Notes: generated from the letters alone by a model not told the origin. Counted from the first letter of the stretch, positions 39,002-49,833 are shown. The stretch: DNA of 64,000 bases from Patescibacteria group bacterium (GCA_041649135.1 JBAZNQ010000001.1:361983-425982); one strand, 5' to 3'. Translations and numbers: made by a program.

Positions 39002-39532
39002 ATGCGTGTTCGCATCACTGGTGGACAATTTGGTAGCCGATTCATTAAAACTCTGCCTTCCTTGAGACCAACTTCCGATTTAGTTCGCAAAGCTTTGTTC
39101 GATATCCTAGGTGAGCAAATTCAAGAGGCTAATTTTTTGGAGCTATTTGCTGGTTGTGGCGCCGTTGGTATCGAAGCCTTGAGCCGTGGTGCTAAAACCG
39201 TCTTGATGGTCGAGAAAAACCGTCAGCACTACCAGCTCATTAAAGACAACCTTACCGATTTGAAATCCGACCTCACCACTAACGCCACCGTTCGCCAAAT
39301 GGACGTCAAAGATTTTCTTACCGCCAACCAATACCAATACGATTTAGTTTTTGCTGATCCGTGGTATGACAATGAACCCGACATCACCGACTGGGACAAT
39401 CTGCTTGCCCCCAACGGAATTTTGATTTTAGAACACAGCTCATTAAAACCAGCTCCTGAAAATCCCAAACTACAAAACATTAATCATAAACGTTATGGAG
39501 ACACCGCTCTCACCTTTTACCTTCACGCCTAA
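39002..39532 (+). CDS. rsmD: 16S rRNA (guanine-N2)-methyltransferase RsmD-like
   Basis: Class I methylase fold (ELFAGCGAVGIEA); ADPWY (DPPY-like) motif. Confidence 0.65.
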   Translation: MRVRITGGQFGSRFIKTLPSLRPTSDLVRKALFDILGEQIQEANFLELFAGCGAVGIEALSRGAKTVLMVEKNRQHYQLIKDNLTDLKSDLTTNATVRQMDVKDFLTANQYQYDLVFADPWYDNEPDITDWDNLLAPNGILILEHSSLKPAPENPKLQNINHKRYGDTALTFYLHA

Positions 39533-40178
39533 GCCAGATTGGTTTGAACAATACAAATACTATCTGCTGGCAATCTTGCTGATCATCATGACCGGCGGTT
39601 TATATTTAATTCTCACTCCACCAAAAGCTAGTTTGGCTAGTGATGCCGATACCGTACTGGTTGCTTCTGACGAATCTGCAACATCAACTATTGCTGGTGA
39701 TCAGATCGTGATTGATATTTCCGGCGGTGTTATCAAGACCGGCGTTTATTGGTTGGCTACCGGCAGTATCATTGAAGACGCCATTAGTTCTGCTGGCGGC
39801 TTCAGCCGATCAGCCGATCTGGATGCGGTCGGGAAAAATATTAATCGGGCCCAAGAACTCACCAATCATGGCAAAGTTTACATTCCCAAAATCGGCGATA
39901 CCAACATTGTCTACACCAACCCTTCTGCTGGCTCCTCCACTAGTTCATCGCAGACCCCCCAAAGCCTTGGCGACGGGGAAACCACGAGTCTGATTAACAT
40001 CAACACCGCCGATAATGCCGAACTCGATTTGCTCCCCGGCATCGGCGAGATCCTCTCCCAGCGCATCATTGACTACCGACTCCAAAATGGTAACTTTACC
40101 AGTATTGACGACCTCAAAAAAATTGCCGGTATTAACGACAGTCGTTTCGAGCAACTCAAAGATCTAGTAACAATCTAA
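39495..40178 (+). CDS. comEA: ComEA-like competence protein (SLBB + helix-hairpin-helix)
   Basis: C-terminal INTADNAELDLLPGIGEILSQRIIDYR (HhH) motif. Confidence 0.65.
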   Translation: METPLSPFTFTPKPDWFEQYKYYLLAILLIIMTGGLYLILTPPKASLASDADTVLVASDESATSTIAGDQIVIDISGGVIKTGVYWLATGSIIEDAISSAGGFSRSADLDAVGKNINRAQELTNHGKVYIPKIGDTNIVYTNPSAGSSTSSSQTPQSLGDGETTSLININTADNAELDLLPGIGEILSQRIIDYRLQNGNFTSIDDLKKIAGINDSRFEQLKDLVTI

Positions 40179-40194
40179 CAAGACTCTATCTCGT

Positions 40195-40288
40195 CGTGTC
40201 ATTCCCGCGTAGGCGGGAATCCAGACAGAAAAAGAAAAATTGTTTTTTGTTTTTTCTAGATTCCCGCCTACGCGGGAATGACAACTTG
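40195..40288. repeat. MITE-like element (gtcattcccgcgtaggcgggaatcc ... attcccgcctacgcgggaatgac)
   Basis: Nested hairpins and an A/T-rich palindromic core. Confidence 0.7.
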
Positions 40289-40289
40289 T

Positions 40290-40373
40290 GGGCGTGTGGC
40301 GAAATGGTATACGCACTAGCTTTAGGAGCTAGCGGGGCAACCCATGAAGGTTCAAGTCCTTTCACGCCCACCA
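40290..40373 (+). tRNA. tRNA-Leu (anticodon TAG), class II
   Basis: Acceptor GGGCGTG/CACGCCC; anticodon loop TTTAGGA; long variable arm; CCA end. Followed by a terminator at 40383-40412. Confidence 0.7.
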
Positions 40374-40559
40374 AAACAAAGCGAAGCCTTGAGGCTTTGT
40401 TTTGTTTTTATGAGTACAAAAAGGACGAGAAGCAATGTCCGCCAAAATGAAATCTATATCGCAAGAGGCTGATGACCTATTTGCGATGAGACTGAACGCG
40501 AGGAGATTCAACCCACCAGTTTTTATACTCGCTTGACACGAATTTTGTATTCCTATAAC

Positions 40560-40785
40560 CTAAAAACCGAGGAGCGTTTCATCGCACCTCACCTAATGTC
40601 CCTTACTGATACCGAGAGGGATGGAGATGCCGCCACTTTCAACAGGGCAACTATGGTAAGGTTTTCCTTCCCTTGCTCTCCACCCATAAGGGTCATAGAC
40701 ACCATCTGGGTGTCCGACATCTACCTGACCCTCGGTCACAAAGTTGGCGGACCCGCGACGCACCAGTCGCGGGTCTTTTTCTTGG
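40560..40785 (+). ncRNA. Candidate small RNA (sigma-70-like promoter TTGACA-15-TATAAC; strong terminator gacccgcgacgcaccagtcgcgggtc + TTTTT)
   Basis: No credible ORF. Promoter-like and terminator elements bracket ~220 nt. Confidence 0.3.
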
Positions 40786-40911
40786 TCTTGAATTTGAAAA
40801 TCAAGCGGTTTTTGGGTATAATGAGACCGTTTTTAATTGGAACACGCTCGTTAATAAATTGGGGTCGAAAACGTTATCATCTCGTCATATATTCCTAAGG
40901 CAAAAATTACA

Positions 40912-41610
40912 ATGACATCAGACAATTTGCTTACTACTTGGGGGCAAGCAGTCTTAAATCCTTTGCAGGATATTTGGACTCGCTTTGTTATCTTCTTGCC
41001 CAGCTTGGTAGGTGCGATTATCATCCTACTGGTGGGTTGGATTGTGGCGGCCGGTCTTGATCGGATCGTTACTCAAATCCTCAAGCAATTGAAGATTGAC
41101 TCTGCTCTCAATAAGGTTGGTGCCAAGACTTTCTTTGAAAAGGCTGGCGTTGACCTGCAGTTCTCCGAATTAATCGGAAACTTAGTAAGATGGACCGTCT
41201 TGTTGATTGCCTTCTTGGCTACGGCCGATGTTTTGGGTCTTTCCAAAGTGACTGATTTCTTAAACAGCATTTTGGTTTACTTGCCAAACATCTTCGTGGC
41301 TGTTGGTATCCTGCTGATTGGTATTCTGGCCGCTCACTTCTTCGCGGGCATTGTCCGCGGTACTGTGGGTGCCGCTAGAGTACATACAGCGAGACTGCTT
41401 GGTTCAGTTACCAAGTGGGTCATTTACTTCTTTACCATCGCCGTTGCTTTGCAACAGCTTGGTATCGCCGCTATCTTGATTGACCGTTTCCTTACCGCCC
41501 TCTTCTTTATGTTGGCGTTGGCTGGAGGCTTAGCCTTTGGTCTGGGTGGTCAAAAACAAGCCAGCGACATGTTGGACGATTTCCGCAGGGACATTGGCCA
41601 CAAGAAATAA
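40912..41610 (+). CDS. Hypothetical polytopic membrane protein
   Basis: Promoter TTGAAA-17-TATAAT at ~40796-40824; four or more TM helices. Confidence 0.5.
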   Translation: MTSDNLLTTWGQAVLNPLQDIWTRFVIFLPSLVGAIIILLVGWIVAAGLDRIVTQILKQLKIDSALNKVGAKTFFEKAGVDLQFSELIGNLVRWTVLLIAFLATADVLGLSKVTDFLNSILVYLPNIFVAVGILLIGILAAHFFAGIVRGTVGAARVHTARLLGSVTKWVIYFFTIAVALQQLGIAAILIDRFLTALFFMLALAGGLAFGLGGQKQASDMLDDFRRDIGHKK

Positions 41611-41624
41611 ATTGTGTTCTAACA

Positions 41625-41660
41625 CAAATTTAAAATCCCCCGACTCGGTTGGGGGATTTT
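41625..41660. terminator. Bidirectional terminator aaaatcccccgactcggttgggggatttt
   Basis: Perfect hairpin with A and T runs on both sides. Confidence 0.7.
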
Positions 41661-41748
41661 AAATTACCCACATGAACTGTCATTCTGGTAAGCCCAGCCC
41701 CTAAGGAGTCCCGACGTATCCAGAATGACAACTGCTAAGGAAGAGTTC

Positions 41749-41795
41749 TATTGGCTATTGGCTATTGGCTATTGGCTATTGGCTAGTGGCTAAAC
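41749..41795. repeat. Heptanucleotide tandem array (TGGCTAT)x~6
   Basis: Read directly from the sequence. It abuts the htrA stop codon. Confidence 0.9.
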
Positions 41796-41798
41796 TCT

Positions 41799-42935
41799 CT
41801 ACAGCTTATCCAACGTTGCCGTTACTGTTTTCGTTACACCTTGCCGCAACAACTTGATTGTCACTTTATCCCCCGGCTTGTATTTCTGTAAAATAGTCGA
41901 CAAGTCGTTGGTCTCCGTTACTGCCTCACCATTAATCGACACAATAATATCGTCTTCCTTAATCCCCGCCACGCTGGCCGGACTGCCGGAAGCCACCGCC
42001 GATTCGCCGGATGGACCGCTAGCGATTAAAGCACCCTGTGTCGCTGACAAATTATTGGCTGATGCTAAATCGGCATCAATCGGAATATATCTTACCCCCA
42101 ACCGTGGTCGGACAATCTCGCCTCCCGCTGCAACTGCTGAAATCTGACTCTTCACACTATTGATTGGAATTGCGAACCCGACCGACTGTGCCTGTGTATC
42201 CACCGCCGTGTTAATCCCGATCACCTGCCCCGATAGATTCACTAACGGACCACCGGAATTACCGGGATTAATCGCCGCGTCAGTCTGAATTAAGTTATCC
42301 AATTTTTCACTACCGCTCGCATCGCCAGCCGTGATACTTCGGTTCAAACCACTAATGATTCCCGTGGTCACCGTATTTTGATACTGACCCAACGCATTAC
42401 CAATCGCGATCACTTTTTGCCCCAACGCCAATTTAGCTGAATCACCAAATGTTACCACCGGCAAATTGCTAGCCGAAATTTTCATCAACGCCAAATCAGC
42501 CGATGGATCTCTGGCCACTACTGTTGCTGAATACTCTTTGCCTGCATTAGTGGTTATTGAATAAGTGGCGGTTTCACTACTAACCACATGTTTGTTGGTT
42601 ACGATCAAACCATCACTCCTGACAATAAACCCAGACCCGCCCCCGGTTTGCTGATACGTTCCACCAAAGATACTCCGAACCGTTTGCGTACTAGTTACTG
42701 CCACTACTGACGGCAAAACTTTCTGAACTGCCGCCTCGGTACTATCCTCACCACTTGTTAATGTCGTTCCAGTACCGTTGAGATTACTTACATCGGTACT
42801 TGTCATCACCGTACCATCAGTATTCTTAATAATTTTATAATCACCCAGCCACAACCAGCCAGATAGTGTAATAACCCCGCCCACTGCACCGGATACCACC
42901 AACATACCAATTTGTTTCCAATTTATTTGCTTCAT
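41799..42935 (-). CDS. htrA: HtrA/DegP-family serine protease with PDZ domain
   Basis: GNSGGPLVN catalytic-Ser motif; His/Asp context; C-terminal PDZ. Confidence 0.85.
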   Translation of the reverse strand: MKQINWKQIGMLVVSGAVGGVITLSGWLWLGDYKIIKNTDGTVMTSTDVSNLNGTGTTLTSGEDSTEAAVQKVLPSVVAVTSTQTVRSIFGGTYQQTGGGSGFIVRSDGLIVTNKHVVSSETATYSITTNAGKEYSATVVARDPSADLALMKISASNLPVVTFGDSAKLALGQKVIAIGNALGQYQNTVTTGIISGLNRSITAGDASGSEKLDNLIQTDAAINPGNSGGPLVNLSGQVIGINTAVDTQAQSVGFAIPINSVKSQISAVAAGGEIVRPRLGVRYIPIDADLASANNLSATQGALIASGPSGESAVASGSPASVAGIKEDDIIVSINGEAVTETNDLSTILQKYKPGDKVTIKLLRQGVTKTVTATLDKL

Positions 42936-43061
42936 AAATATCCCCTACAAATTAACTTATTAAGTGTATCCCTCCCTAGATACTAGATACTAACATATCA
43001 TTCTACCAACCTGAAAAATAACTGAAACTCCCACGACCATCATGAGTGATAGAATATAGCC

Positions 43062-43481
43062 ATGATAAATCATCAGCGCTGGTCAGTCGAATCTGCTCAA
43101 GCTGCTGCCGTCAACGGTACTTTGCAAGAGTGGCTAATAGCCTACCTCCGCAATGAAGGTAACAACGAGAAGCTTGCTCGTGTCATTGAAGAGCAGACAA
43201 ATGTCATCACTATCCAGCCTCCTAGACTGATCTCATTACAGCGAATGAAAATCATGGTCGGACCACCAAATAGTGGTCGCAAATGGACTGATTCAAAATG
43301 GGAAGTTAATATCAAGAAATTTGTGCACCTTATTCAGACAGGCTGGAATCCGCCACCAATCATTTTAACCGACTACTGGGGCACACCCAACGCTATTACT
43401 GACGGTAACCACCGCTATGAAGCATTGAAACGACTAGGATATAAAAAGTATTGGGCTATTCAACTAAAGAACAAGCGGTAA
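43062..43481 (+). CDS. ParB-like nuclease-domain protein
   Basis: DGNHRYEA (ParB/Srx DGxHR motif). Confidence 0.55.
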   Translation: MINHQRWSVESAQAAAVNGTLQEWLIAYLRNEGNNEKLARVIEEQTNVITIQPPRLISLQRMKIMVGPPNSGRKWTDSKWEVNIKKFVHLIQTGWNPPPIILTDYWGTPNAITDGNHRYEALKRLGYKKYWAIQLKNKR

Positions 43482-43559
43482 TATTCCTTACGCCAGTATC
43501 TTCTCCGCCATCGGAAGCTTGGAATGTGTCTTAACTCCCCTTCGAGCAAATCTCGTCAT

Positions 43560-43785
43560 CGGAAAATAAAATCAAGCCAAATCTGGCGCAAGCCTTGAGT
43601 CCTGATAACCCGTTTAATATTTACGTCAGGACGAATCGGCTTGGATATAAGCCAGATGACTGGATTTTATTATTGCGATAGAGATTCGTGAGCAGGGGTG
43701 AGTTTTCCTGTTCGCTTTTGCTCACTCAAAAGCGAACCGCCCAGCGCGCGGTGGCGTAGACCGCGCATAAAATTAATAAGATTCT
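43560..43785. ncRNA. Repeat family A copy 3
   Basis: See 18150-18420. This is the most divergent copy and the source of the covariation evidence. Confidence 0.5.
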
Positions 43786-43872
43786 GGATAATCCAGAATG
43801 ACGGAAAAACCAAGAAATAAGATTGCTTCGTCGCAAACTCCTCGCAATGACAAAGAGAAAGAAAAAACAAAG

Positions 43873-44661
43873 CTACTGCAAGACTACCAACCAATCCACC
43901 AAAAACACCGCCACCAAAGTCAGCACCACCAACCCGATATACTCCACCGCTACCCGCACCGTTAACGTGCCCTTAAGATAGTGAACGATGAAATCGACAA
44001 ATAAGTAAAACAACATCGCCACCAAAAACGTTTTCAAAAACACTCCCCGATGCCAGAAACTGGTTATCCAAGTTACTTGCTGTAACACCAATAACATAAT
44101 AATGGTGTACAACCATTTCCTTCGACTTTCGATGCGTTCTCTCCAAAATCGCAGATTAACCGCCAAAATCACTTCCAAAGAAATCGCCACCAACAGGAAC
44201 ACCAATTGCCAACTATATAGATCGCTAGCCATCAGCATGCTGGCAGTCAGGAAGAAGAACGCCAACAAGTCAATAAAATCAAGTAGCGAGAAAAATCTGA
44301 TCGGCCAATTTCCTTCCTGCAAATAGCTCTCGTACAAGATCAACAAACCCAACACTACCGCCGTAATCACTATCGCCGAAACTTGAAACGCCGTACTGCT
44401 TAGCAGATTAAATACCACAAACCCCACGCCAGCCGCGACTATCCAAACCACTTCGGTTAACAGCCACAACCAGTTTCGCCATTCCCGATCAAAACTACTA
44501 ATCCACCACACCCCCAAAGTCAGGACCACCAAAGTCGCTACCACCCACGCTATTAAATACTGTGGCGAATAGAACAAACACTGCAACAGCCCGTACACAA
44601 GGAGTGTGGTGATAAGAACCTTGCGGTTATTCCACAACCATGTCCGGGCTGTTTCTAACAT
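43873..44661 (-). CDS. Hypothetical polytopic membrane protein
   Basis: Seven or more hydrophobic helices. Confidence 0.5.
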   Translation of the reverse strand: MLETARTWLWNNRKVLITTLLVYGLLQCLFYSPQYLIAWVVATLVVLTLGVWWISSFDREWRNWLWLLTEVVWIVAAGVGFVVFNLLSSTAFQVSAIVITAVVLGLLILYESYLQEGNWPIRFFSLLDFIDLLAFFFLTASMLMASDLYSWQLVFLLVAISLEVILAVNLRFWRERIESRRKWLYTIIMLLVLQQVTWITSFWHRGVFLKTFLVAMLFYLFVDFIVHYLKGTLTVRVAVEYIGLVVLTLVAVFLVDWLVVLQ

Positions 44662-44668
44662 AAGTTAA

Positions 44669-46072
44669 TTATTGGGTTGGATAATCTGCCCCCAATATTA
44701 CTCTGGCTTCCGTACCAGCTGGTAGCGTAACTGTTTCAGTTGAAACCGTTGCTCCCAAGCTATTTGCTAGCGCTTGCAACGATGCCGACAAACTGGCATC
44801 ACCGTAAACCATCGTTTTGGCAATTCCCTTCGTCGAATTATTCGCTACCTTGGTAATGGTATGACCAGCTGTTCTTAGCTTCTCGGCCGCCTTTCCAGCC
44901 AGACCGGTTACGCTCGTACCATTTAGAACTTCAACCTTTAACGGTGTCGCCTCAACTTCAGGTTCCGTTTGATCTGATGGTGATTTAGCCAGAGTCTCCG
45001 ATACGAATGTCTCGATCTTGCCGTAATCATCACCAACTGGACGCAAGACATACGCTCCGGCATCATTCTTGCCGCCATACAGCAGACCAGACGCTTCATC
45101 CATCACTTTATTAGTGATCATCGTTGGATCAAAGTCGGCCAACAATTTCATTACTCGGATCAGCTCATCTTTGCTTAAGTTGGTCATCAAATGATCTTTG
45201 ATGATATCGTTAATTTCCAACATTTTGGTTGGTGCTGTTAGCAAGTTCAGATCACTTGCCTTAGCCCGAATCGCCATTAACAAATCTTGCTGCCTTCTGG
45301 CCCTATCAAAGTCCGATGTACTATGACGCGACCGAGCATACTTGAGCGCCATCTCACCATCCATGGTGTAACTGCCAGCCTTCACTTCGAACAATTGGAC
45401 ACCATCGCCACTATCCGCCGGATAACTCGAATCTACCAAGTCTTTCTTAACTTCTATTTTTACTCCGCCCAGTTCATCAACCAGTTGTTTAAAACCAGCA
45501 AAATCGATCTGCAGATAATACGGGATCGCCAAACCAGTCAAATCTTCAACCGTCTTAGTCAACGTGCCCGGCCCATCGCTATTTTGCGACCGACCAGTTT
45601 CGTAAACTGCGTTAATCTTCATCGTTCCCAATCCCGATGCAGTTACCTGCAAATCTCGTGGGATCGAAAACATGGTCAGATATTTATCGTTGGTGTTGTA
45701 GCTGGCCAGCATTAACGTATCAGTCAAATTCGGACCATCGTGAGTCGGGTCACCCGGGATCCCCATCATCAAAATATTCACCCTACCGTCAGTCTCACCA
45801 ATCAGTTTGGTAGTTTTAATATTAAACAAAGTTGCCAACCAATTATTGTCAGCCAACTGCAAACCGGTTATCGCCGCTCTGGCACCAAACCAACCCACCG
45901 TCAGTAGTACGACCACAATCCCAACCACCAACCATCCCTTACCTCCCCCCCGACGAGTACGGGTGGAACGACGCGGCCTTGGTGTTGGCTCGGTATCGTC
46001 AGCGGATGACACTTTCTTTGCTACTCGGACGCTGACCTCACGAGCTGGCAAATCTTCTTTTCTTCTGACCAT
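44669..46072 (-). CDS. LytR-CpsA-Psr (LCP) family protein
   Basis: LCP core motifs (DTLMLAS, FSIPRDL) and C-terminal LytR_C-like region. Confidence 0.7.
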   Translation of the reverse strand: MVRRKEDLPAREVSVRVAKKVSSADDTEPTPRPRRSTRTRRGGGKGWLVVGIVVVLLTVGWFGARAAITGLQLADNNWLATLFNIKTTKLIGETDGRVNILMMGIPGDPTHDGPNLTDTLMLASYNTNDKYLTMFSIPRDLQVTASGLGTMKINAVYETGRSQNSDGPGTLTKTVEDLTGLAIPYYLQIDFAGFKQLVDELGGVKIEVKKDLVDSSYPADSGDGVQLFEVKAGSYTMDGEMALKYARSRHSTSDFDRARRQQDLLMAIRAKASDLNLLTAPTKMLEINDIIKDHLMTNLSKDELIRVMKLLADFDPTMITNKVMDEASGLLYGGKNDAGAYVLRPVGDDYGKIETFVSETLAKSPSDQTEPEVEATPLKVEVLNGTSVTGLAGKAAEKLRTAGHTITKVANNSTKGIAKTMVYGDASLSASLQALANSLGATVSTETVTLPAGTEARVILGADYPTQ

Positions 46073-46178
46073 ATGGCGTATTAGTTAACCTAATTTATTG
46101 CTCACAAAAGCATACCCAATATATCACAAAACCCCTTACCCAAAAATTGGCAATTCTCCGCTCTTATCCTTACAATGA

Positions 46179-47177
46179 GTGGAGATGAAATCTCCTCGGA
46201 CTCTTTATCGTACTCCCGGCCGGATAATTGTCTTCGCTACTATCGGAGCTGTTTTGCTCATTTTGATCGGTACTGGGATCGCTCTGAACCAAGCCGGCTT
46301 TACGCTGGCTGCTTTCGCCGGCTATGTTAGCGAGACTGTCAGCCGACTGGCGGGCGCGAATCTTATTGTTAAAGTCGACCGCACCACGTTACCAGCCGAT
46401 GGCAAAGCTACCACCACCATTTACGTTACAGCCAACCACGAATTCCCCATCACCGCCAAAGTAACTTCTGGTGGTGGAGAAGTTGTTGCCGCTGCTAATT
46501 CATCAACTGATTTTGTCTACACCACCAGCACTACTGTCGGTACTGTTGTCATCAATATTACCTCTGGCAGTTTAAGCGAAGACTTGGAATTAACTCTTGT
46601 CGACCCCATTGTCCCAGCTAATCCCACTATCATTGCGCCAAACGACGGCAGCACCACCAACAATCCCAAACCAGAGATCGTCGGGACTGGTCCGATCAAC
46701 ACCAAAATCTTGATCACTACCAATGGCTCGCTCAATACCACTCTTCAAACTGACGACAAAGGCAACTTCCGTGGCTCCCTAGACAAGCCATTATATAGTG
46801 GCAAGCACACCTTAAGCACCGTTGCCCAAACCGAACTTGGTGTCATCAGCCAAGTCAGTAATCTCGTTACTATCACGGTCGAAACCGATCCCGTCAAACT
46901 CGATACCACCCACATTCGCACCACCCCAACCAAAATTTTGGCCAGCGATAGCTTCGGCCTGTTTGTTCCAGTCTCGCTCAACACTTCTCGGGTAGTCGCC
47001 GAACTACAAGGGCAAAGCTTTGAACTACAAAATCTACACAAAACTAGTATCTTTACCGGCACTCTGCCTGCCCCAGATCAATCCGGTCTCTATACCGGCA
47101 ATTTAATTCTCTATGATTTAGCCAATAGCGGTACTCGATTTGACCGCTCCTTTACTATTGTTGTGATCTCCTCATAG
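46179..47177 (+). CDS. Membrane-anchored T/S-rich Ig-like repeat surface protein
   Basis: N-terminal TM helix; beta-rich T/S/V repeats. Confidence 0.45.
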   Translation: MEMKSPRTLYRTPGRIIVFATIGAVLLILIGTGIALNQAGFTLAAFAGYVSETVSRLAGANLIVKVDRTTLPADGKATTTIYVTANHEFPITAKVTSGGGEVVAAANSSTDFVYTTSTTVGTVVINITSGSLSEDLELTLVDPIVPANPTIIAPNDGSTTNNPKPEIVGTGPINTKILITTNGSLNTTLQTDDKGNFRGSLDKPLYSGKHTLSTVAQTELGVISQVSNLVTITVETDPVKLDTTHIRTTPTKILASDSFGLFVPVSLNTSRVVAELQGQSFELQNLHKTSIFTGTLPAPDQSGLYTGNLILYDLANSGTRFDRSFTIVVISS

Positions 47178-47565
47178 ATTGATCCCGTTAGAAATTTACC
47201 GGACACATCCTGAAACCCAACTCAAGTTAGCACAAGCGCCATTCGCAAAATGATCATTCAAATCACATTTATGGCCTCATCGGATTTCTAACGGGATTGA
47301 CAAATCACCTATTCTGTGATTAATTACAAGAGGTCACCAAGCTTGCGCAAGGTAGCTGTTTTTAATTGAAATAGCAAGTTAATGAACATCGCGCCAGTTA
47401 ATCCTAGCTGGCTCATATCATTAAACGGACCGACCTATTAGTAAGCCAAATAAATCCCGCCCGACCAAACTCTCTGATCGACTCAAAAGTCGGCGGGCAC
47501 AACCAGTCATCAACCAACCACCGGCCATCCACCCGGAGGTTTCGTCTGCCCAACCCAAACATTCT

Positions 47566-48642
47566 TTGCGTAATCTTGGCTTCGGCTCAATGAGAAAATT
47601 TAGTGTTCCAAAAGTCTCTCTCCGCCACGCCAGACGTTCTCTCCAAAGCTTCAGCAGCCATTGGGCAATTATTGTATTGGCGATCGGTGTAGTTTTAGTG
47701 GGCGCTTGGCCACGAGCTCAAGTCAGCGCTAGTGATGTTAGTCATCGTAGCCGAACCGTCGCCCAGCTAGCTTCAGCCGAATACTTTAACGAAAATGTTG
47801 CTTACGACGAAGTTATCACTACGGTTGGTGATAATAACGACTATTTATTCAAAACTGGTGCTACTGAAACTATCATCACTCGCAACACCCGTACTGAAAC
47901 TATTTTTTATGATACCAAATCGGGTGAATCAGTCGCTTCAGTCGCTCGTGATTTTGGCTTAAGCCCCGATACTGTTCGTTATGTTAACAAACTTTCCAGT
48001 AATGCCCTGAAGGTTGGACAAAAACTGAAGATTCCACCAATTGATGGTATTTACGTTACCGTTCAGAAAAATGATACCTTAAGCGGTATCGCCAAAAAAT
48101 ACAAAACCGCTCTAGCCGATATCCGCAAATACAACAATTTGCCAGAAGGCGAACCGATCTTCTCCGGACAAGAAATTTTGGTTCCCGGTGTCGTCGCCCC
48201 CAAAACCACCACATCCGGTAGTGGCAGCAGTATTACTTCAAGCACCGGTGCGTTAGCCACCGCTCTACCGGGTGGCGGACAATTTATCTGGCCCACCGAA
48301 AGTCCCACTCACTTTATCTCGCAGGGATACAAAAATTATCACCGTGCCGTTGACCTCAACCGTCTCAATGGCTGGGGTATCTATGCTTCTGCCGCCGGTG
48401 TAGTCAGAACCTACTCTACTCGCTATGGTTACGGCAACTACATCGATATTAACCATGGTAATGGTTACGTTACCCGTTATGGCCACTTGAGCCAATTTAA
48501 AGTCAAAACCGGCGACTACGTTCAGCAAGGTCAGTTGATCGGTATCATGGGTTCTACTGGCCGGTCCACCGGCCCTCACCTTCACTTTGAAATCCGCAAA
48601 AACGACGCTCCCCAAAATCCATTGAACTACTTGCCCCGTTAG
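47566..48642 (+). CDS. LysM-domain M23 metallopeptidase
   Basis: Two LysM motifs; M23 motifs HRAVDL and GPHLHFE. Confidence 0.8.
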   Translation: MRNLGFGSMRKFSVPKVSLRHARRSLQSFSSHWAIIVLAIGVVLVGAWPRAQVSASDVSHRSRTVAQLASAEYFNENVAYDEVITTVGDNNDYLFKTGATETIITRNTRTETIFYDTKSGESVASVARDFGLSPDTVRYVNKLSSNALKVGQKLKIPPIDGIYVTVQKNDTLSGIAKKYKTALADIRKYNNLPEGEPIFSGQEILVPGVVAPKTTTSGSGSSITSSTGALATALPGGGQFIWPTESPTHFISQGYKNYHRAVDLNRLNGWGIYASAAGVVRTYSTRYGYGNYIDINHGNGYVTRYGHLSQFKVKTGDYVQQGQLIGIMGSTGRSTGPHLHFEIRKNDAPQNPLNYLPR

Positions 48643-48844
48643 AAGAGGGCTTAGCCATAGTTTCTAATCGGGACCTCCCGAGATAGTTAAGCAATCTAAT
48701 CAATCTCACCCCTACTTCGCTGAAGCTACGAAGGGTCTACGACAATCTTCACCGATCTGACCAATCTTTTGGTTAGATTGGAACAAATTGGATAGATTAT
48801 TTTGTCGATGGCAATCGACAAGAATATGTCGCACAATATAAACA

Positions 48845-49765
48845 ATGAGCAATAATTTCAAAGACTACATTCAGGATTTTCTCGACCACCTTGAGGTTGA
48901 AAAAAACCGTAGCCCCAAAACCCTAGAGAACTATCAACATTACCTAGACCGGTTTAATACTTTCGCCAAAGAATCTGGGCAACCATCGCTCTCGCCTGCT
49001 AACATCACTCTGCCATTAGTCCGTAAATATCGTTTGTATCTAAATCGTGTTACTGACAGCAAAGGCGAACCATTAAAACTTTCCACCCAAAATTATCACA
49101 TCATTGCCCTGCGGGCTTTTCTGAAATTCTTGGCCAAACAGGATATCAAAACTTTGTCCGCCGAAAAGATCGAACTCGGCAAGACTCCTCAACGCACGGT
49201 CGATTTTCTAGAAATTGACGAAGTTGAAAGATTGTTTGAAGCCGTCCCCAAAAACGACAAGCTCATCAGTCTGCGAGACGAGGCCATTCTCCAAACCTTA
49301 TTCTCCACCGGCTTACGCGTTTCCGAACTTTGCAGTTTAAGCCGCGATAAAATTAACCTCGATCGCGGTGAATTTATGGTTCGTGGAAAAGGCAACAAAC
49401 CCCGCATCGTCTTTCTCTCACCCGATGCCAAAGCCGCCATCTCGCTTTATCTCAAAAAACGTCCCGACAACAACGAATTTGTTTTCATTTCTCACGGCAT
49501 TAATTCAAATGCCGAAAGCTTAACTCCCCGTTCAGTCCAGCGAATTATTCAAAAATATGCCATCAAAGCTGGCCTAGTAAAAAAAGTCACACCCCATACC
49601 TTACGCCATTCCTACGCTACTGACTTATTAATTAACGGCGCCGATATCCGCTCCGTCCAAGCCCTGCTCGGTCATTCCTCCATCACCACCACGCAGGTCT
49701 ACACCCACATCACCAACCGCCAACTCGGCGAGGTGCACAAGGCATTTCACGGGAGAAGAAAATAA
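48845..49765 (+). CDS. Tyrosine recombinase XerC/XerD
   Basis: R...HxxR...Y catalytic motifs (HTLRHSYAT, LLGHSSITTTQVYTH). Confidence 0.8.
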   Translation: MSNNFKDYIQDFLDHLEVEKNRSPKTLENYQHYLDRFNTFAKESGQPSLSPANITLPLVRKYRLYLNRVTDSKGEPLKLSTQNYHIIALRAFLKFLAKQDIKTLSAEKIELGKTPQRTVDFLEIDEVERLFEAVPKNDKLISLRDEAILQTLFSTGLRVSELCSLSRDKINLDRGEFMVRGKGNKPRIVFLSPDAKAAISLYLKKRPDNNEFVFISHGINSNAESLTPRSVQRIIQKYAIKAGLVKKVTPHTLRHSYATDLLINGADIRSVQALLGHSSITTTQVYTHITNRQLGEVHKAFHGRRK

Positions 49766-49833
49766 CACATACGCAACATACACCACGCCCCAGGGTCAAA
49801 GCCACATGCGTTCCACTTGTCACGCCGGAGATG

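Noticed and set aside
40186-40450. Track ORFs 40186-40374 (-) and 40196-40450 (+)
   Set aside because: They overlap a MITE-like element and tRNA-Leu. Their repetitive 'SRLRGND' translation recurs wherever the MITE occurs (also 35880-36152).
47356-47392. Sequence gtttttaattgaaatagcaagttaatgaa resembling a Cas9 sgRNA repeat/anti-repeat-GAAA fusion
   Set aside because: The two arms do not actually base-pair. There is no CRISPR array or cas gene in the window, so this is a chance resemblance.
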